64,000 nt of DNA, taken from Alphaproteobacteria bacterium. GTDB lineage: Bacteria; Pseudomonadota; Alphaproteobacteria; Rs-D84. Positions 49,029 to 58,713 of this stretch are shown here, one piece after another. A program made the position numbers and the translations under genes. The notes under the pieces were generated by a model. The model ran no database searches and had not been told where the DNA came from. It saw only the letters and a program-made list of their open reading frames with translations. Positions within the stretch are counted from its first letter, which is position 1. Each line of letters opens with the position of its first letter. The stretch covers positions 17,660 through 81,659 of the forward strand of contig JAVBPX010000005.1 of NCBI GenBank assembly GCA_031549365.1, in the 5' to 3' direction.

Positions 49029-50666
49029 ATGAAAGAAAAAAACCATAAAAAACTTTATTGGATTGGTAGTATTTCGGCAATTTCTCTGGCCGCGGGTGTT
49101 TATTTTGCACATCCCACACATAAAACCAAAGAACAAAAATTCCCTGATTCCGATTTGGGATTATATTTGGCCGGTCAACATGCACAATATGTTCAAGATT
49201 TTGACACTATGGCTGAAATTTCCAAAAAATTATCGGATAACAAATTGACCGCCGTTCGCCAATTGGTGGCCCAGGGATTTTTTATATCTGGGGATGTTGA
49301 TAACGCTATAAAACACGCTGATTTCAAGAGCGATGTTGATTCTTTTACAACATTGATTATAAATACAACCGCGCTGGCTCGTGAAAAGAAATACGACAAA
49401 ATTTATTCAGAATATAAAAATAATGGATTGTTTTTCTTGGCTCCTATGCAGATTTGGTCCGCCGTTGCAACAAATCGTGTTGACGCCGCGTTAAAGATTA
49501 TTGAAAATGCCGATCAGAGTCAGGCTTGGCGTGATTTTAACACCGGTTTGGTTTATGCATATACTGGAAAAATTAAACAGGCCGATGCCGCATTTGCGCG
49601 GGTTCCAGTCGATACATTGAATTTAAATGATTATTTTTATTTAATGTCATTTTATAAAAAGAATAAATTGGACAAGTCTGCCGATAAATTATTCGAATCC
49701 TTTGCAAAAAAGACTGCTGGGCTATATTTGGCCGATATTCCAGCAGATACATACAATTATTCGTTTGATTCCATTGAAAAAATGATTTCTTTTTCGACAA
49801 TTTATGCCATTTCGCATTATCCACAAATGAATCAATCGTCATTATCGTTGTTATTATTGCGTATGGCAGAATCGTTGGACCCAAATTATATTCCGACATA
49901 TTATTATTTGGGATTATATTTTTACGATTCGGATATTAAAAATATGTTTGATAAAACCATCGCAAAAATCCCAAATAACGATGTTTTTTATCCGTTTGCT
50001 GTATTAAAACAGGCGGAAATGTATTTTCGTGACGGTAAAAATAATCGCGGGGAAGAAATTTTAGAGGATTTATTAAAACAACAACCATTGTTTTATCCGG
50101 CGATTTCGGCCATTGTTACACAAAATATCAGTGATATTAAATATGATTCCGCGGAACGTTATGTTAATACCAGTTTGAAAAACAAGAATTTGTCCAACCC
50201 TGCCCGCGCTTTTTTATTAAAAATTCGCGCCCATGTTTATGCCATTCAAAATGAATTTGATAAATCAGAACGCGATTTGAATGAAGCATTGATGTTTTTA
50301 CCTGGGGATGCTGGTATTTTAAATGATCAAATGTTGATTTGGGCATATCAGGGGAAAAATTTAGACGAAGCATATAAAATGCAAATTACATTAATAAAAC
50401 AATTCCCCGGACAAATCGCGTTTTGGGATACTTTGGGATGTATTTTATTCGCGCGCGGCGATGTCGATGCTGCACAAATCGTATTTGAAAAGGTTGCCGG
50501 CACAAACCCAGAATCATCCGCATTATTCGAACATTTGGGTGATATTTATCTAAAAATTAATCGTAATGATTTGGCAAAAACCGCATATTCCCGCGCGATT
50601 GAGTTATCGTATGATGGCCAAATTAATAAAAAATATGTTTCCCGCAAATTGAAGAGATTGAAATAA
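49029..50666 (+). CDS. tetratricopeptide-repeat protein, membrane-anchored/secreted
   Basis: N-terminal hydrophobic segment; multiple TPR-like repeats. Confidence 0.55.
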   Translation: MKEKNHKKLYWIGSISAISLAAGVYFAHPTHKTKEQKFPDSDLGLYLAGQHAQYVQDFDTMAEISKKLSDNKLTAVRQLVAQGFFISGDVDNAIKHADFKSDVDSFTTLIINTTALAREKKYDKIYSEYKNNGLFFLAPMQIWSAVATNRVDAALKIIENADQSQAWRDFNTGLVYAYTGKIKQADAAFARVPVDTLNLNDYFYLMSFYKKNKLDKSADKLFESFAKKTAGLYLADIPADTYNYSFDSIEKMISFSTIYAISHYPQMNQSSLSLLLLRMAESLDPNYIPTYYYLGLYFYDSDIKNMFDKTIAKIPNNDVFYPFAVLKQAEMYFRDGKNNRGEEILEDLLKQQPLFYPAISAIVTQNISDIKYDSAERYVNTSLKNKNLSNPARAFLLKIRAHVYAIQNEFDKSERDLNEALMFLPGDAGILNDQMLIWAYQGKNLDEAYKMQITLIKQFPGQIAFWDTLGCILFARGDVDAAQIVFEKVAGTNPESSALFEHLGDIYLKINRNDLAKTAYSRAIELSYDGQINKKYVSRKLKRLK

Positions 50667-50849
50667 AGTTGCCGAGATTGCTTCGCAACAAGGTTTTACG
50701 ACGCAACCATGGAACCAAAGATCCTTGTTGCTGTTCGGATGGAAAAACAATTATTAATCGTTTTCTGGATCCATCCCGAGTAATGACAATTATTATTTGG
50801 GCTTGATTTTTGAAATTTCATCCGTATAATGTCGGATACATTGATATAT

Positions 50850-50923
50850 TGGGTCATCGTCTAACGGCAGGACAAGAGTTTTTGGTTCTCTTTATCTAGG
50901 TTCGAATCCTAGTGACCCAACCA
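50850..50923 (+). tRNA. tRNA-Gln (anticodon TTG)
   Basis: TGGGTCATCGTCTAACGGCAGGAC...TTCGAATCCTAGTGACCCAACCA; U1:A72; loop TTTTGGT with a U31:U39 mismatch; TATAAT box at 50825. Confidence 0.65.
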
Positions 50924-51155
50924 TCCTTTGTGGCAAAATAATTTATCACTAGACGATATTTTTGAAAAATTGCGTTCCGGATTGAATGTTGCATAAATTT
51001 TACTGGATTTTTGCGGTTTATTGGTTATAATTGTTACATGATTGATACAAGTTTTTATTTTTATTTTGTTTCTTTGCCACGAATGTGATTCGGGTTGTTG
51101 TTATTTTTATTAAATTCGTATATTATTATTCATTATTATTTAAAAGGATTATTTT

Positions 51156-52829
51156 ATGAAAAAGAATTATTTAATTACTTCGGCTTTGCCATACGTTAAT
51201 GGACCATTACATTTGGGACATTTGATTGGTTGTTTATTGCCGGCCGACGTTTATGCACGTTTTTGCCGCGCAAATGGCAGAAATACTATATATATTTGTG
51301 GGGCTGATGAGCACGGAACCCCGGTCGAGGCCGCAGCCAGGGCCGAGGGCGTGGATCCAGCCAAATATGCAGATGGTTGGTATCAAATTCAGCGTGGGCT
51401 ATTGGAATCATTTGATATTTCCACCGATTATTATGGGCGCACACATACACCGCAACATGAAAAATTAATTCATGAAATATTCAAACATTTGGATGACAAT
51501 GGCTTTATCGAAGAACGCACAACAATTCAGCCATATTCTGTAAATGAAAACATTTGGTTGGTGGATCGTTTTGTTGTAGGAACATGCCCAAAATGCGGAT
51601 TTGAAGGCGCACGCGGGGATCAATGCGATAAATGTTCCGAATTATTGGATCCAAAGGATTTAATTAATCCGCGTTCAATTTCAGATCCGAATAGTCCTGT
51701 GGAATTGCGAGAAACCCAACATTTATTCTTTTTGTTAACCAAGGCCGAACCATTATTGCGCAAATGGCTATCAACACGTGTTGGTTGGTCAAAAACAGCC
51801 ATGGCAATTGCAAATAAATGGTTAGCCGAAGGATTACATGATCAACCAATCACCCGCGATTTTAAATGGGGTGTTTCTGTGCCAAAACCGGGGTTTGAGA
51901 GCAAAGTGTTTTATGTATGGTTGGATGCACCATGGGGGTATATTTCAATTAGTCAGGTTTATGCAGAAATTGCCGGATTTGATTGGCGCGATTTTTGGAA
52001 GGGCGATGAAAATACACATTATGTTCAATTTATGGGCAAGGATAATGTTTCGTTTCATTCTGTATTTTTCCCAAGTTATGAATTGGCATGCAACGATTAT
52101 TGGAAAACTGTTGATGTTTTAAAAGGGATGAATTTTTTAAATTTCGAGGGGGATAAGATTTCAAAATCAACCGGAAATGGTATATTTTTGGGTGATGCAA
52201 TATCCGAATATCCCGCAGATTATTGGAAATATTATTTAATTTCAAATGCGCCTGAATCAGACGATTCTGATTTAACTGTTGCTCGGTTTGCAGACGTAAT
52301 TAACAAAGATTTAAACGATATTTTGGGTAATTTTATATCACGTATTACTAAATTTACCGAAAAGAAATTGGGATTGGTTGTTCCTGCCGCTGGCGAAGTT
52401 TCAGATTTGGAAATCGAATTGGATAAAACAATTAATGATAATTTGTCCGAATTAACCAATGCGATTGAATCCTGTGAATTCCGTCGGGCTGGCGTTGCTT
52501 TGCGCGCATTATGGGCCACCGGTAATGAATATATTACACGGGCCGAACCATGGGCAATTATTAAAACAGATCCAATTCGTGCCGAAGTAATTTTGCGTAC
52601 CTGTTTTCAATTAATGGATTTTTATTCCAGAATTTCAGCACCATTTATTCCAAATTCCGTTGAAAAAATTCGTGCAATTTTTGGATCACGTCATGATTTA
52701 TCATGGCCAACATCGTTTGAAAAAAGGGTGAAAGCAGGGGACGAATTCATAGTTCCAGAAAACATATTTGAAAAAATTATGCCAGAACGTGTCGAAGAAT
52801 TAAGAATAAAGTATTCAAGGAAGGGTTAG
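51156..52829 (+). CDS. metG: methionyl-tRNA synthetase
   Basis: SALPYVNGPLHLGHLIG (HIGH), zinc knuckle CPKCGFEGARGDQCDKCS, KISKS. Confidence 0.9.
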   Translation: MKKNYLITSALPYVNGPLHLGHLIGCLLPADVYARFCRANGRNTIYICGADEHGTPVEAAARAEGVDPAKYADGWYQIQRGLLESFDISTDYYGRTHTPQHEKLIHEIFKHLDDNGFIEERTTIQPYSVNENIWLVDRFVVGTCPKCGFEGARGDQCDKCSELLDPKDLINPRSISDPNSPVELRETQHLFFLLTKAEPLLRKWLSTRVGWSKTAMAIANKWLAEGLHDQPITRDFKWGVSVPKPGFESKVFYVWLDAPWGYISISQVYAEIAGFDWRDFWKGDENTHYVQFMGKDNVSFHSVFFPSYELACNDYWKTVDVLKGMNFLNFEGDKISKSTGNGIFLGDAISEYPADYWKYYLISNAPESDDSDLTVARFADVINKDLNDILGNFISRITKFTEKKLGLVVPAAGEVSDLEIELDKTINDNLSELTNAIESCEFRRAGVALRALWATGNEYITRAEPWAIIKTDPIRAEVILRTCFQLMDFYSRISAPFIPNSVEKIRAIFGSRHDLSWPTSFEKRVKAGDEFIVPENIFEKIMPERVEELRIKYSRKG

Positions 52830-52832
52830 TTT

Positions 52833-52859
52833 AAATCCCCATTAATTTGGGGATTTTTA
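52833..52859 (+). terminator. terminator after metG
   Basis: aaatccccattaatttggggattttta. Confidence 0.65.
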
Positions 52860-52985
52860 TATTGTTTAGTCTATTTTTTATCAACAATATGTTGATAATT
52901 TCACGTGAAACAATTTATATAAAATATTGCGCGGTATAACAAAAAAGGTTGTTGTTTAAACTCTAATGTAAGCTAAATTGAAACT

Positions 52986-54137
52986 TTAATGAAACATAAA
53001 GCATTGGACGTTATGGGATATACATTTACGGATTATTTCGTTGGCGGAAGTTTCCGATAATTTATTTGCACGCACACGCCATAGTCCCGAATATTGTTCA
53101 ACAGATGTATTTATTCCAAACAGATTTTTAACCCGTGTTTGTTGTTCGGTAGCCGCGTTTTTGGATGAGAATGCACCAAATTGAACACCCATAGATCCCG
53201 ATCCCCAGTTTTTTTGTTCAATTGGTTTGGTGGTTGTTTTTATGGATGATTTTGGTTGTTCTGTACCACTTTCGGAATCATCGTGAGTAATATTACCATT
53301 TGATGTAGTTTTTGTTTGGTAATTTGTGAAATTACCGGGTTTTTTCCCATCCATCAGATCAAATGAATAATCCAATAGTTTAACAGACGTCTTTAAACGT
53401 TCCGCAGACGATGTTGAGCCCAATACAACCGACATTACCATATCGTCGCCACGTTTTGCTGTTGCAACCAGGTTATAGCCTGATTTTGCAGTGTATCCTG
53501 TTTTCATACCGTTTGCACCAGGATAAACATTTAAAATTTGATTATGTGTGTAATAAGTTTGGCCATTATATGTAAATGAACGTTCATTAAAATATTTATA
53601 ATATTGTGGGAAGTGTTTATAAATGGCGAGCGAGAGCAAGGCGAGGTCGCGTGCTGTTGAAACCTGATCCATCGAAGTCAAACCAGATGCATTTTTAAAG
53701 TTTGTTTTTGATAATCCAATTTCAGATGCAACACGGGTCATTAACGATCCAAAGTCCCCCTCGTCCCCCGTCAGATTTTCAGATAAAACTGTGGCAACGT
53801 CGTTGGCAGAACGGATAATCAAAGCCTTGATCGCGGTTTCAACCGATATTTTTTCGCCTGGTTTCAATCCCAATTTTGTTTGGGGTTTTTCACTGGCACT
53901 TTTTGATACTATTAAATTTTGGTTTAATGTTAATCGACCCTTGTCCAATGCGTCAAATACCAGATACAAGGTCATAATTTTTGTTAATGACGCCGGGTAA
54001 TTTTCATCACGGGCATTTTCTTGGTATAAAACACGACCATCAGTCATGTCGATTGATATCAAAGCCTTGTAATCTGCACGGGCAACATTGCAGATAAATA
54101 ACTGAATTGATAAAAAAATAAGTATAAGTCGTTTCAT
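52986..54137 (-). CDS. dacA: D-alanyl-D-alanine carboxypeptidase (PBP5/6 family) fused to a C-terminal SPOR domain
   Basis: Signal peptide; SLTK active-site motif (PASLTKIMTLYLVF); C-terminal QFGAFSSKNAATEQQTRVKNL...GLWRVRANKLSETSANEI is SPOR-like. Confidence 0.75.
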   Translation of the reverse strand: MKRLILIFLSIQLFICNVARADYKALISIDMTDGRVLYQENARDENYPASLTKIMTLYLVFDALDKGRLTLNQNLIVSKSASEKPQTKLGLKPGEKISVETAIKALIIRSANDVATVLSENLTGDEGDFGSLMTRVASEIGLSKTNFKNASGLTSMDQVSTARDLALLSLAIYKHFPQYYKYFNERSFTYNGQTYYTHNQILNVYPGANGMKTGYTAKSGYNLVATAKRGDDMVMSVVLGSTSSAERLKTSVKLLDYSFDLMDGKKPGNFTNYQTKTTSNGNITHDDSESGTEQPKSSIKTTTKPIEQKNWGSGSMGVQFGAFSSKNAATEQQTRVKNLFGINTSVEQYSGLWRVRANKLSETSANEIIRKCISHNVQCFMFH

Positions 54138-54169
54138 TCCAACATTCCAATATTGCATAGTATAATGAT

Positions 54170-54493
54170 TTATTGAATATTGGTCAAAGTAAAATATTAA
54201 CAGTTAATACAAAACAATATAAATATTATATATAAGATATTATTTTTATTGTTATTAGCGTTGGTTATGTTGGAAATTGTTTTTAAGGTTTGTTTTTTGA
54301 ATTATTAACAATATAACATGTTGATTTTTATTAATATTTGGAGTTTTCAACAGTATTGTTAATAACTTTTTAACATGTTGAGAATAGTTTTATTATTAAG
54401 ATTTTTAAGATATTTAATGGTTTTATTGTTTTTATTGTTAATAACTTGTTTTTTTTAACAAAAAACGTTAAAATAGCTGAGAGAGGATAGAGA
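54170..54493 (+). promoter_or_regulatory. very AT-rich promoter/regulatory region of the virB3-virB4 operon, with direct repeats
   Basis: ttaacatgttga x2 (approx. 54311 and 54374), tattgttaataact x2, ttaagat x2; GAGAGG RBS at 54482. Confidence 0.4.
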
Positions 54494-54772
54494 ATGAGGT
54501 TGCCTGTATTAAAAGCAATTGCAAATCCAACACGGATTTTTTATGTGCCATATCATTTGGCACTGATGAATTTTTTTATCCAATTCATAGTATTTATAGT
54601 TTTATTAATAGTTACAGTTGGAAATTTTAATCCATTATGGTTTTTATTAAATGTTATTTTTGTTCATTTTATTTTAATGGGGATTTCGCGGTCCGAGCCA
54701 CAAATGGGACAAATTTTATCAGCAAAATTAAAATTATTTAAAGTTTCACCACCAAAGGTATTAAGGCCGTAA
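54494..54772 (+). CDS. virB3: T4SS protein VirB3/TrbD
   Basis: 92 aa; LKAIANPTRIFYVPYH matches the VirB3 L.k..tRP..i.GVPy motif; two TM helices. Confidence 0.65.
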   Translation: MRLPVLKAIANPTRIFYVPYHLALMNFFIQFIVFIVLLIVTVGNFNPLWFLLNVIFVHFILMGISRSEPQMGQILSAKLKLFKVSPPKVLRP

Positions 54773-54774
54773 AT

Positions 54775-57207
54775 ATGCAACAGTTTATGAATTTATTTGT
54801 TCAAGATATTATGCCAATGAATCTAACAATTATTGGTTTAGGCTTGGTTTTAATATTTTTAATATTGTTATTTATTATTCCAATATTATCGAATATGTTG
54901 TTTCCGGCGTTTTCGTATAGTTCTTTTGCAAAATATTTGCCTTTTAAACAACCATTCAAAGATAAGGTTTCAATAGAATTAAATGATGGTGGATTGGTTA
55001 GGGTTTATAAATTAAAAGGTGTTCAAACATCGTTACAAGATCAACAACAAAAAGAACAATTTTTAGATTTGCGCGCTCAATTATTTCAGCAAATAAAAGA
55101 TCCAAATATAACATTTCGGTTTTTTATGTTGCGGGAAAAAATGTCTGTGAAAACAGATTATACGTTTGATGAACCAGTTTTACAGAAAATTTATGATAAA
55201 TGGAATAGTCAAGGTATCAAAGTTTTTGATAATCAATATTATTTGGTTGTTAGTATTTCTGGGAATAAACCAGAGGATAGGATAGGCAGCGTTTCAACAA
55301 TGGTTGAATCAATATTGGCACCATATCAACCAAAATTATGTTTTAATTCGGATGAAAATAATGCTGGGTCTTTTTATTCCAGGATTTTATCACCAATTAC
55401 TCGTCCAATTTTAAAAGGATTAAATTCAAGTATGAACGATTTGATGACATCTGATCAGGTTGAGTTTTTAGAAGGTGGTAAGATTCGTTTTTCCGCGGGA
55501 GATATTGAAAAATATGCAGGTTTGGTTTCTATTAAAACGGCGCCTGATTTTTTTGACGAGGATTTTTTCAACGATTTAGGCACAGTTTCATGTGAAATGG
55601 TTACGATGAATGCGTTTCAATTATTATCAATTGCAAAAACAGAAGCATTAATTAAACAAAAGCAAAGTGTTGCAACGTCTAATAAAGAATCGGAAGATAT
55701 TGCCGTTGAACAAATAGAAGAAACAATGACGATGATGGATGAAAATATTTCAGGAACACAGAGTTTAATGAATTATTATCCTTTGTTTGTTTTATATGGT
55801 GAAACAGCAGATGAAGTCGATAAATCAATTCAAGAATTACAGAAAATTTGTGCTGCGTATGGAATTAGTCCAGTTGTTGAAAATTTTGCCTCTAAAGTTT
55901 CGTGGTTTTCAATGTTGCCTGGGTTTGATGTATTTCCGCGTACTTATAAATTATTATCGCGAACTGCGGCGATTACTTGGCCGTTATCAACGGTGCCTGT
56001 TGGTATTCCAAATTCAGATTGGGGACCGGGTCCCATTGTTGTGTTTCCAACGTCGCTGGGGACACCGTATCAATTCCAGTTTCATGTGTCTGAACAATCT
56101 GGTGCTGTTGGACACACATTAACAATTGGGCCCACAGGTCAGGGTAAAACCACTTTATTTTCATTTTTAATTTCACAATCTTTGCGACATCCAAAGTTAA
56201 AATCATTTTTCTTTGATCGTAATCGTGGGGCCGAAATTTTTACATTAGCAACAGGTGGTAAATATTTAACTTTTGAAAACAAATCACAAAATGCAGATAA
56301 AATTAATGCTGGGTTTCAAACCAGGTTAAATCCGTTATTAATGGAAGATTCTGCATCAAATCGTGATTTTTTACGTCGTTGGTTTTCAATGATTTCAGGT
56401 CAGGATGACCCAAAATCGTTGGATGAAATTGCGCGAGCGGTTGCGGTCAATTTTGATTATTTAGATCCAAAAGATAGGATGTTAAAAAATTTATACAACA
56501 GCTGTTTTTCATCCGAGGGTAAAATGCGCCCTGCGCTTAAAAAATGGGTGGATGATTTACAATACGGTTCTGTGTTTAATGAGCCACAAGATACTTTGGA
56601 TTTGTATTCCCGGTTGTCCACGTTTGATTTTACAGATATTTTAAGTGATGAAACTTTGGCCCCAGCAGTTATCAGTTATTTAATTCAGCGCATTAACAGT
56701 TTGACTGTGGCCCAGGGTAATCCATCATTAATAATGATTGATGAAACGGCGCCGATGTTGGCCAACCCTATGTTCAGACAGAATTTTATAACAGGGTTGC
56801 AAGAAGGACGTAAAAATCGTCAGGCATATATGGCTGCGTTCCAACAGGCAAATATAATTGATAAGTTGGGAATAGGTGATGTTGTTCGAGGACAGGCGCA
56901 AACAATACTGTTTTTCAGAAATCCTGGTGCTGATCCATTGGATTATCAACATTGGCGTTTAAATCCACGTGAAATGGCATTTATTCAGGGTAAGGCATAT
57001 CCAAATTTAAAACGCGCAGTATTGTTATCGCGCCCGGTTACCGGGGAATCGGTTGTTTTAAATACAGAATTGGGTGGTTTAGGATCATATTTGAAATTAT
57101 TTGAATCTGGTCGTAGCAGTGTTTTATTGGCGGAAGAATTGTATAGCAAGATGGGTGGGGAATTTGTTGATACGTACCTGCGTCGAGTAAGCACAGAAAA
57201 TGTTTGA
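54775..57207 (+). CDS. virB4: T4SS ATPase VirB4/TrbE
   Basis: 810 aa; Walker A IGPTGQGKTT; Walker B LIMIDETAP; N-terminal TM region; length typical of VirB4. Confidence 0.85.
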   Translation: MQQFMNLFVQDIMPMNLTIIGLGLVLIFLILLFIIPILSNMLFPAFSYSSFAKYLPFKQPFKDKVSIELNDGGLVRVYKLKGVQTSLQDQQQKEQFLDLRAQLFQQIKDPNITFRFFMLREKMSVKTDYTFDEPVLQKIYDKWNSQGIKVFDNQYYLVVSISGNKPEDRIGSVSTMVESILAPYQPKLCFNSDENNAGSFYSRILSPITRPILKGLNSSMNDLMTSDQVEFLEGGKIRFSAGDIEKYAGLVSIKTAPDFFDEDFFNDLGTVSCEMVTMNAFQLLSIAKTEALIKQKQSVATSNKESEDIAVEQIEETMTMMDENISGTQSLMNYYPLFVLYGETADEVDKSIQELQKICAAYGISPVVENFASKVSWFSMLPGFDVFPRTYKLLSRTAAITWPLSTVPVGIPNSDWGPGPIVVFPTSLGTPYQFQFHVSEQSGAVGHTLTIGPTGQGKTTLFSFLISQSLRHPKLKSFFFDRNRGAEIFTLATGGKYLTFENKSQNADKINAGFQTRLNPLLMEDSASNRDFLRRWFSMISGQDDPKSLDEIARAVAVNFDYLDPKDRMLKNLYNSCFSSEGKMRPALKKWVDDLQYGSVFNEPQDTLDLYSRLSTFDFTDILSDETLAPAVISYLIQRINSLTVAQGNPSLIMIDETAPMLANPMFRQNFITGLQEGRKNRQAYMAAFQQANIIDKLGIGDVVRGQAQTILFFRNPGADPLDYQHWRLNPREMAFIQGKAYPNLKRAVLLSRPVTGESVVLNTELGGLGSYLKLFESGRSSVLLAEELYSKMGGEFVDTYLRRVSTENV

Positions 57208-57219
57208 AAATCAGCGCCT

Positions 57220-57322
57220 CTAAACAAGTTTTTAAATTTTTAGACCCTGATATACCACAATGTATACCGCGGGCCAAAAAATTTAAAAATTCTTTACAAT
57301 CATCTGATTTTGAAACATTTTA
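57220..57322. repeat. ~105-bp hairpin repeat family member, immediately 3' of the virB4 stop
   Basis: ctaaacaagtttttaaattttt agaccctgatataccacaatgtataccgcgggcc aaaaaatttaaaaattctttacaatcatctgattttga. Confidence 0.55.
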
Positions 57323-57386
57323 AAAAGTTGGGTTGATCATCACATTCTGACGCATCTTGGTGTTTTTGGTTTAATAGGAAAAATGG

Positions 57387-58016
57387 ATGAAAGTATTATT
57401 GGGATTGATTTTATCAGTATTTTGTTTTTCCGCAGGATTTGCGGCGGATCCTTGTGTTTTGGAAAAAAAGAATGTTTTGGTTTATGTCAAGCCCGTGCCT
57501 TGGGATATGGAGGTTCAACAACCGTTGCGTCCGATCAGTATTGAACAATCTTTGCATGGTTTAACGACCGCCGTTATGGCCGAAGGGTATCGGTTAACCG
57601 TTGATTTAATCCCAATTGATGATGGATTTTGTGTTGTATTGGATAGGGTCGAGGTTGTTTCCGGATTTACAAATTTTATGATACAGATTGATTCTGCGCA
57701 TCCAAAAAATTCGTGTGTTTATAATGCAATTTATGATCATGAAATGTTACATGTTAAAGCATATCATTCTGTTATGAATGATTTATATCCACAGATCGAA
57801 GAAACAATTACCAAAGTGGCCAATCAAATTTATCCTAAATATATTCCACATGAAAATGATACCAGTAAAACAATTGATCAAATGGAACAAGAATTACGCA
57901 ATGCGCCAATGACTGTATTATTACGTCAGAAAATTGAGGCCGAGAAAGAAATTAAAAATAAGGCGATTGATAAAAATCCGAACAGTGATTTGATTAAAAG
58001 ATGTGAAAATCAATGA
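57387..58016 (+). CDS. secreted HExxH zinc metalloprotease, DUF922-like
   Basis: Signal peptide MKVLLGLILSVFCFSAGFAA; HEMLHVKAYH zincin motif; ~200-aa DUF922 architecture. Confidence 0.5.
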   Translation: MKVLLGLILSVFCFSAGFAADPCVLEKKNVLVYVKPVPWDMEVQQPLRPISIEQSLHGLTTAVMAEGYRLTVDLIPIDDGFCVVLDRVEVVSGFTNFMIQIDSAHPKNSCVYNAIYDHEMLHVKAYHSVMNDLYPQIEETITKVANQIYPKYIPHENDTSKTIDQMEQELRNAPMTVLLRQKIEAEKEIKNKAIDKNPNSDLIKRCENQ

Positions 58017-58020
58017 ATTC

Positions 58021-58050
58021 TGTACATTCATCCCATTTTGATTGATTTTG
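58021..58050. repeat. tail-only fragment of the hairpin repeat family (tgtacattcatcccattttgattg)
   Basis: Matches the conserved tail ttctttata.tcatcc.gttttga that follows other stop codons. Confidence 0.4.
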
Positions 58051-58096
58051 TAGATGGTGTGTCATTTTTTGAAGTTTGTTAAATTTGTATAGTTGT

Positions 58097-58105
58097 GGTA
58101 TAATT
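58097..58105 (+). promoter_or_regulatory. extended -10 (TGgTATAAT) for the transglutaminase-like gene
   Basis: tggtataat 22 nt upstream of the AAAGGGG RBS and the ATG at 58127. Confidence 0.4.
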
Positions 58106-58126
58106 TTTGCGTACAAAGGGGTCTTT

Positions 58127-58660
58127 ATGCAAGTTACACCAGAATTAGCCAAACAATTATTTAATGCTATTTTGCAAATTCCGGAATTGAATTTAAACAA
58201 ACCAGAAACAGGTTGTTTTATTCGTGCAAAATTAATTGCTGAATTTTTAAAAGGCCAGGGTGTTAATCCAAAGATTGTTTTGGTAAAAAACCCGGGAATT
58301 ATGGGTAAAATTTTTTATAAATTAAATGGAAAAATTGAACACAAAATGGTTAATTGGAAATATCATGTTGCGGCTGGGACGGAAATTAACGGCGAAACAA
58401 TAGTTTTTGATCCTGTGTTATTTAATGCGCCAGAAACATTAAAATATTGGGCATCCAGGATGTTAATTGGGGAAAAATCAATTTCAGATGACTATGTTTT
58501 AGTTAATGATTATGAACCGATTGGTAAAAATTTTATATCCAAAGAAATTGAAAGATTGTCCGCGCAAAATCACCAAGAATGGTTTGAAAAATCTGAAAAC
58601 CCGGAATGTGAATTGGTTGTTCCAAATTCATTTTGGTCCAGAAAATTTGGCAGAGAATAG
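58127..58660 (+). CDS. minimal transglutaminase-like (Cys-His-Asp) cysteine hydrolase; candidate effector
   Basis: TGCFIRAKLIAEFLKGQGVNPKIVLV (G.C...A.....L...G..ARxV) then KYHVAAGTEINGETIVFDPV (H.W.E......W..fDPT) fit the transglutaminase-core pattern; no signal peptide. Confidence 0.45.
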   Translation: MQVTPELAKQLFNAILQIPELNLNKPETGCFIRAKLIAEFLKGQGVNPKIVLVKNPGIMGKIFYKLNGKIEHKMVNWKYHVAAGTEINGETIVFDPVLFNAPETLKYWASRMLIGEKSISDDYVLVNDYEPIGKNFISKEIERLSAQNHQEWFEKSENPECELVVPNSFWSRKFGRE

Positions 58661-58684
58661 GGTCGTATTTTAGATTCGGTATTG

Positions 58685-58713
58685 AAAAACCCCCATTATG
58701 GGGGTTTGAATTT
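58685..58713. terminator. bidirectional terminator (transglutaminase-like gene / tRNA-Ala)
   Basis: aaaaacccccattatgggggtttgaatttt. Confidence 0.65.
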
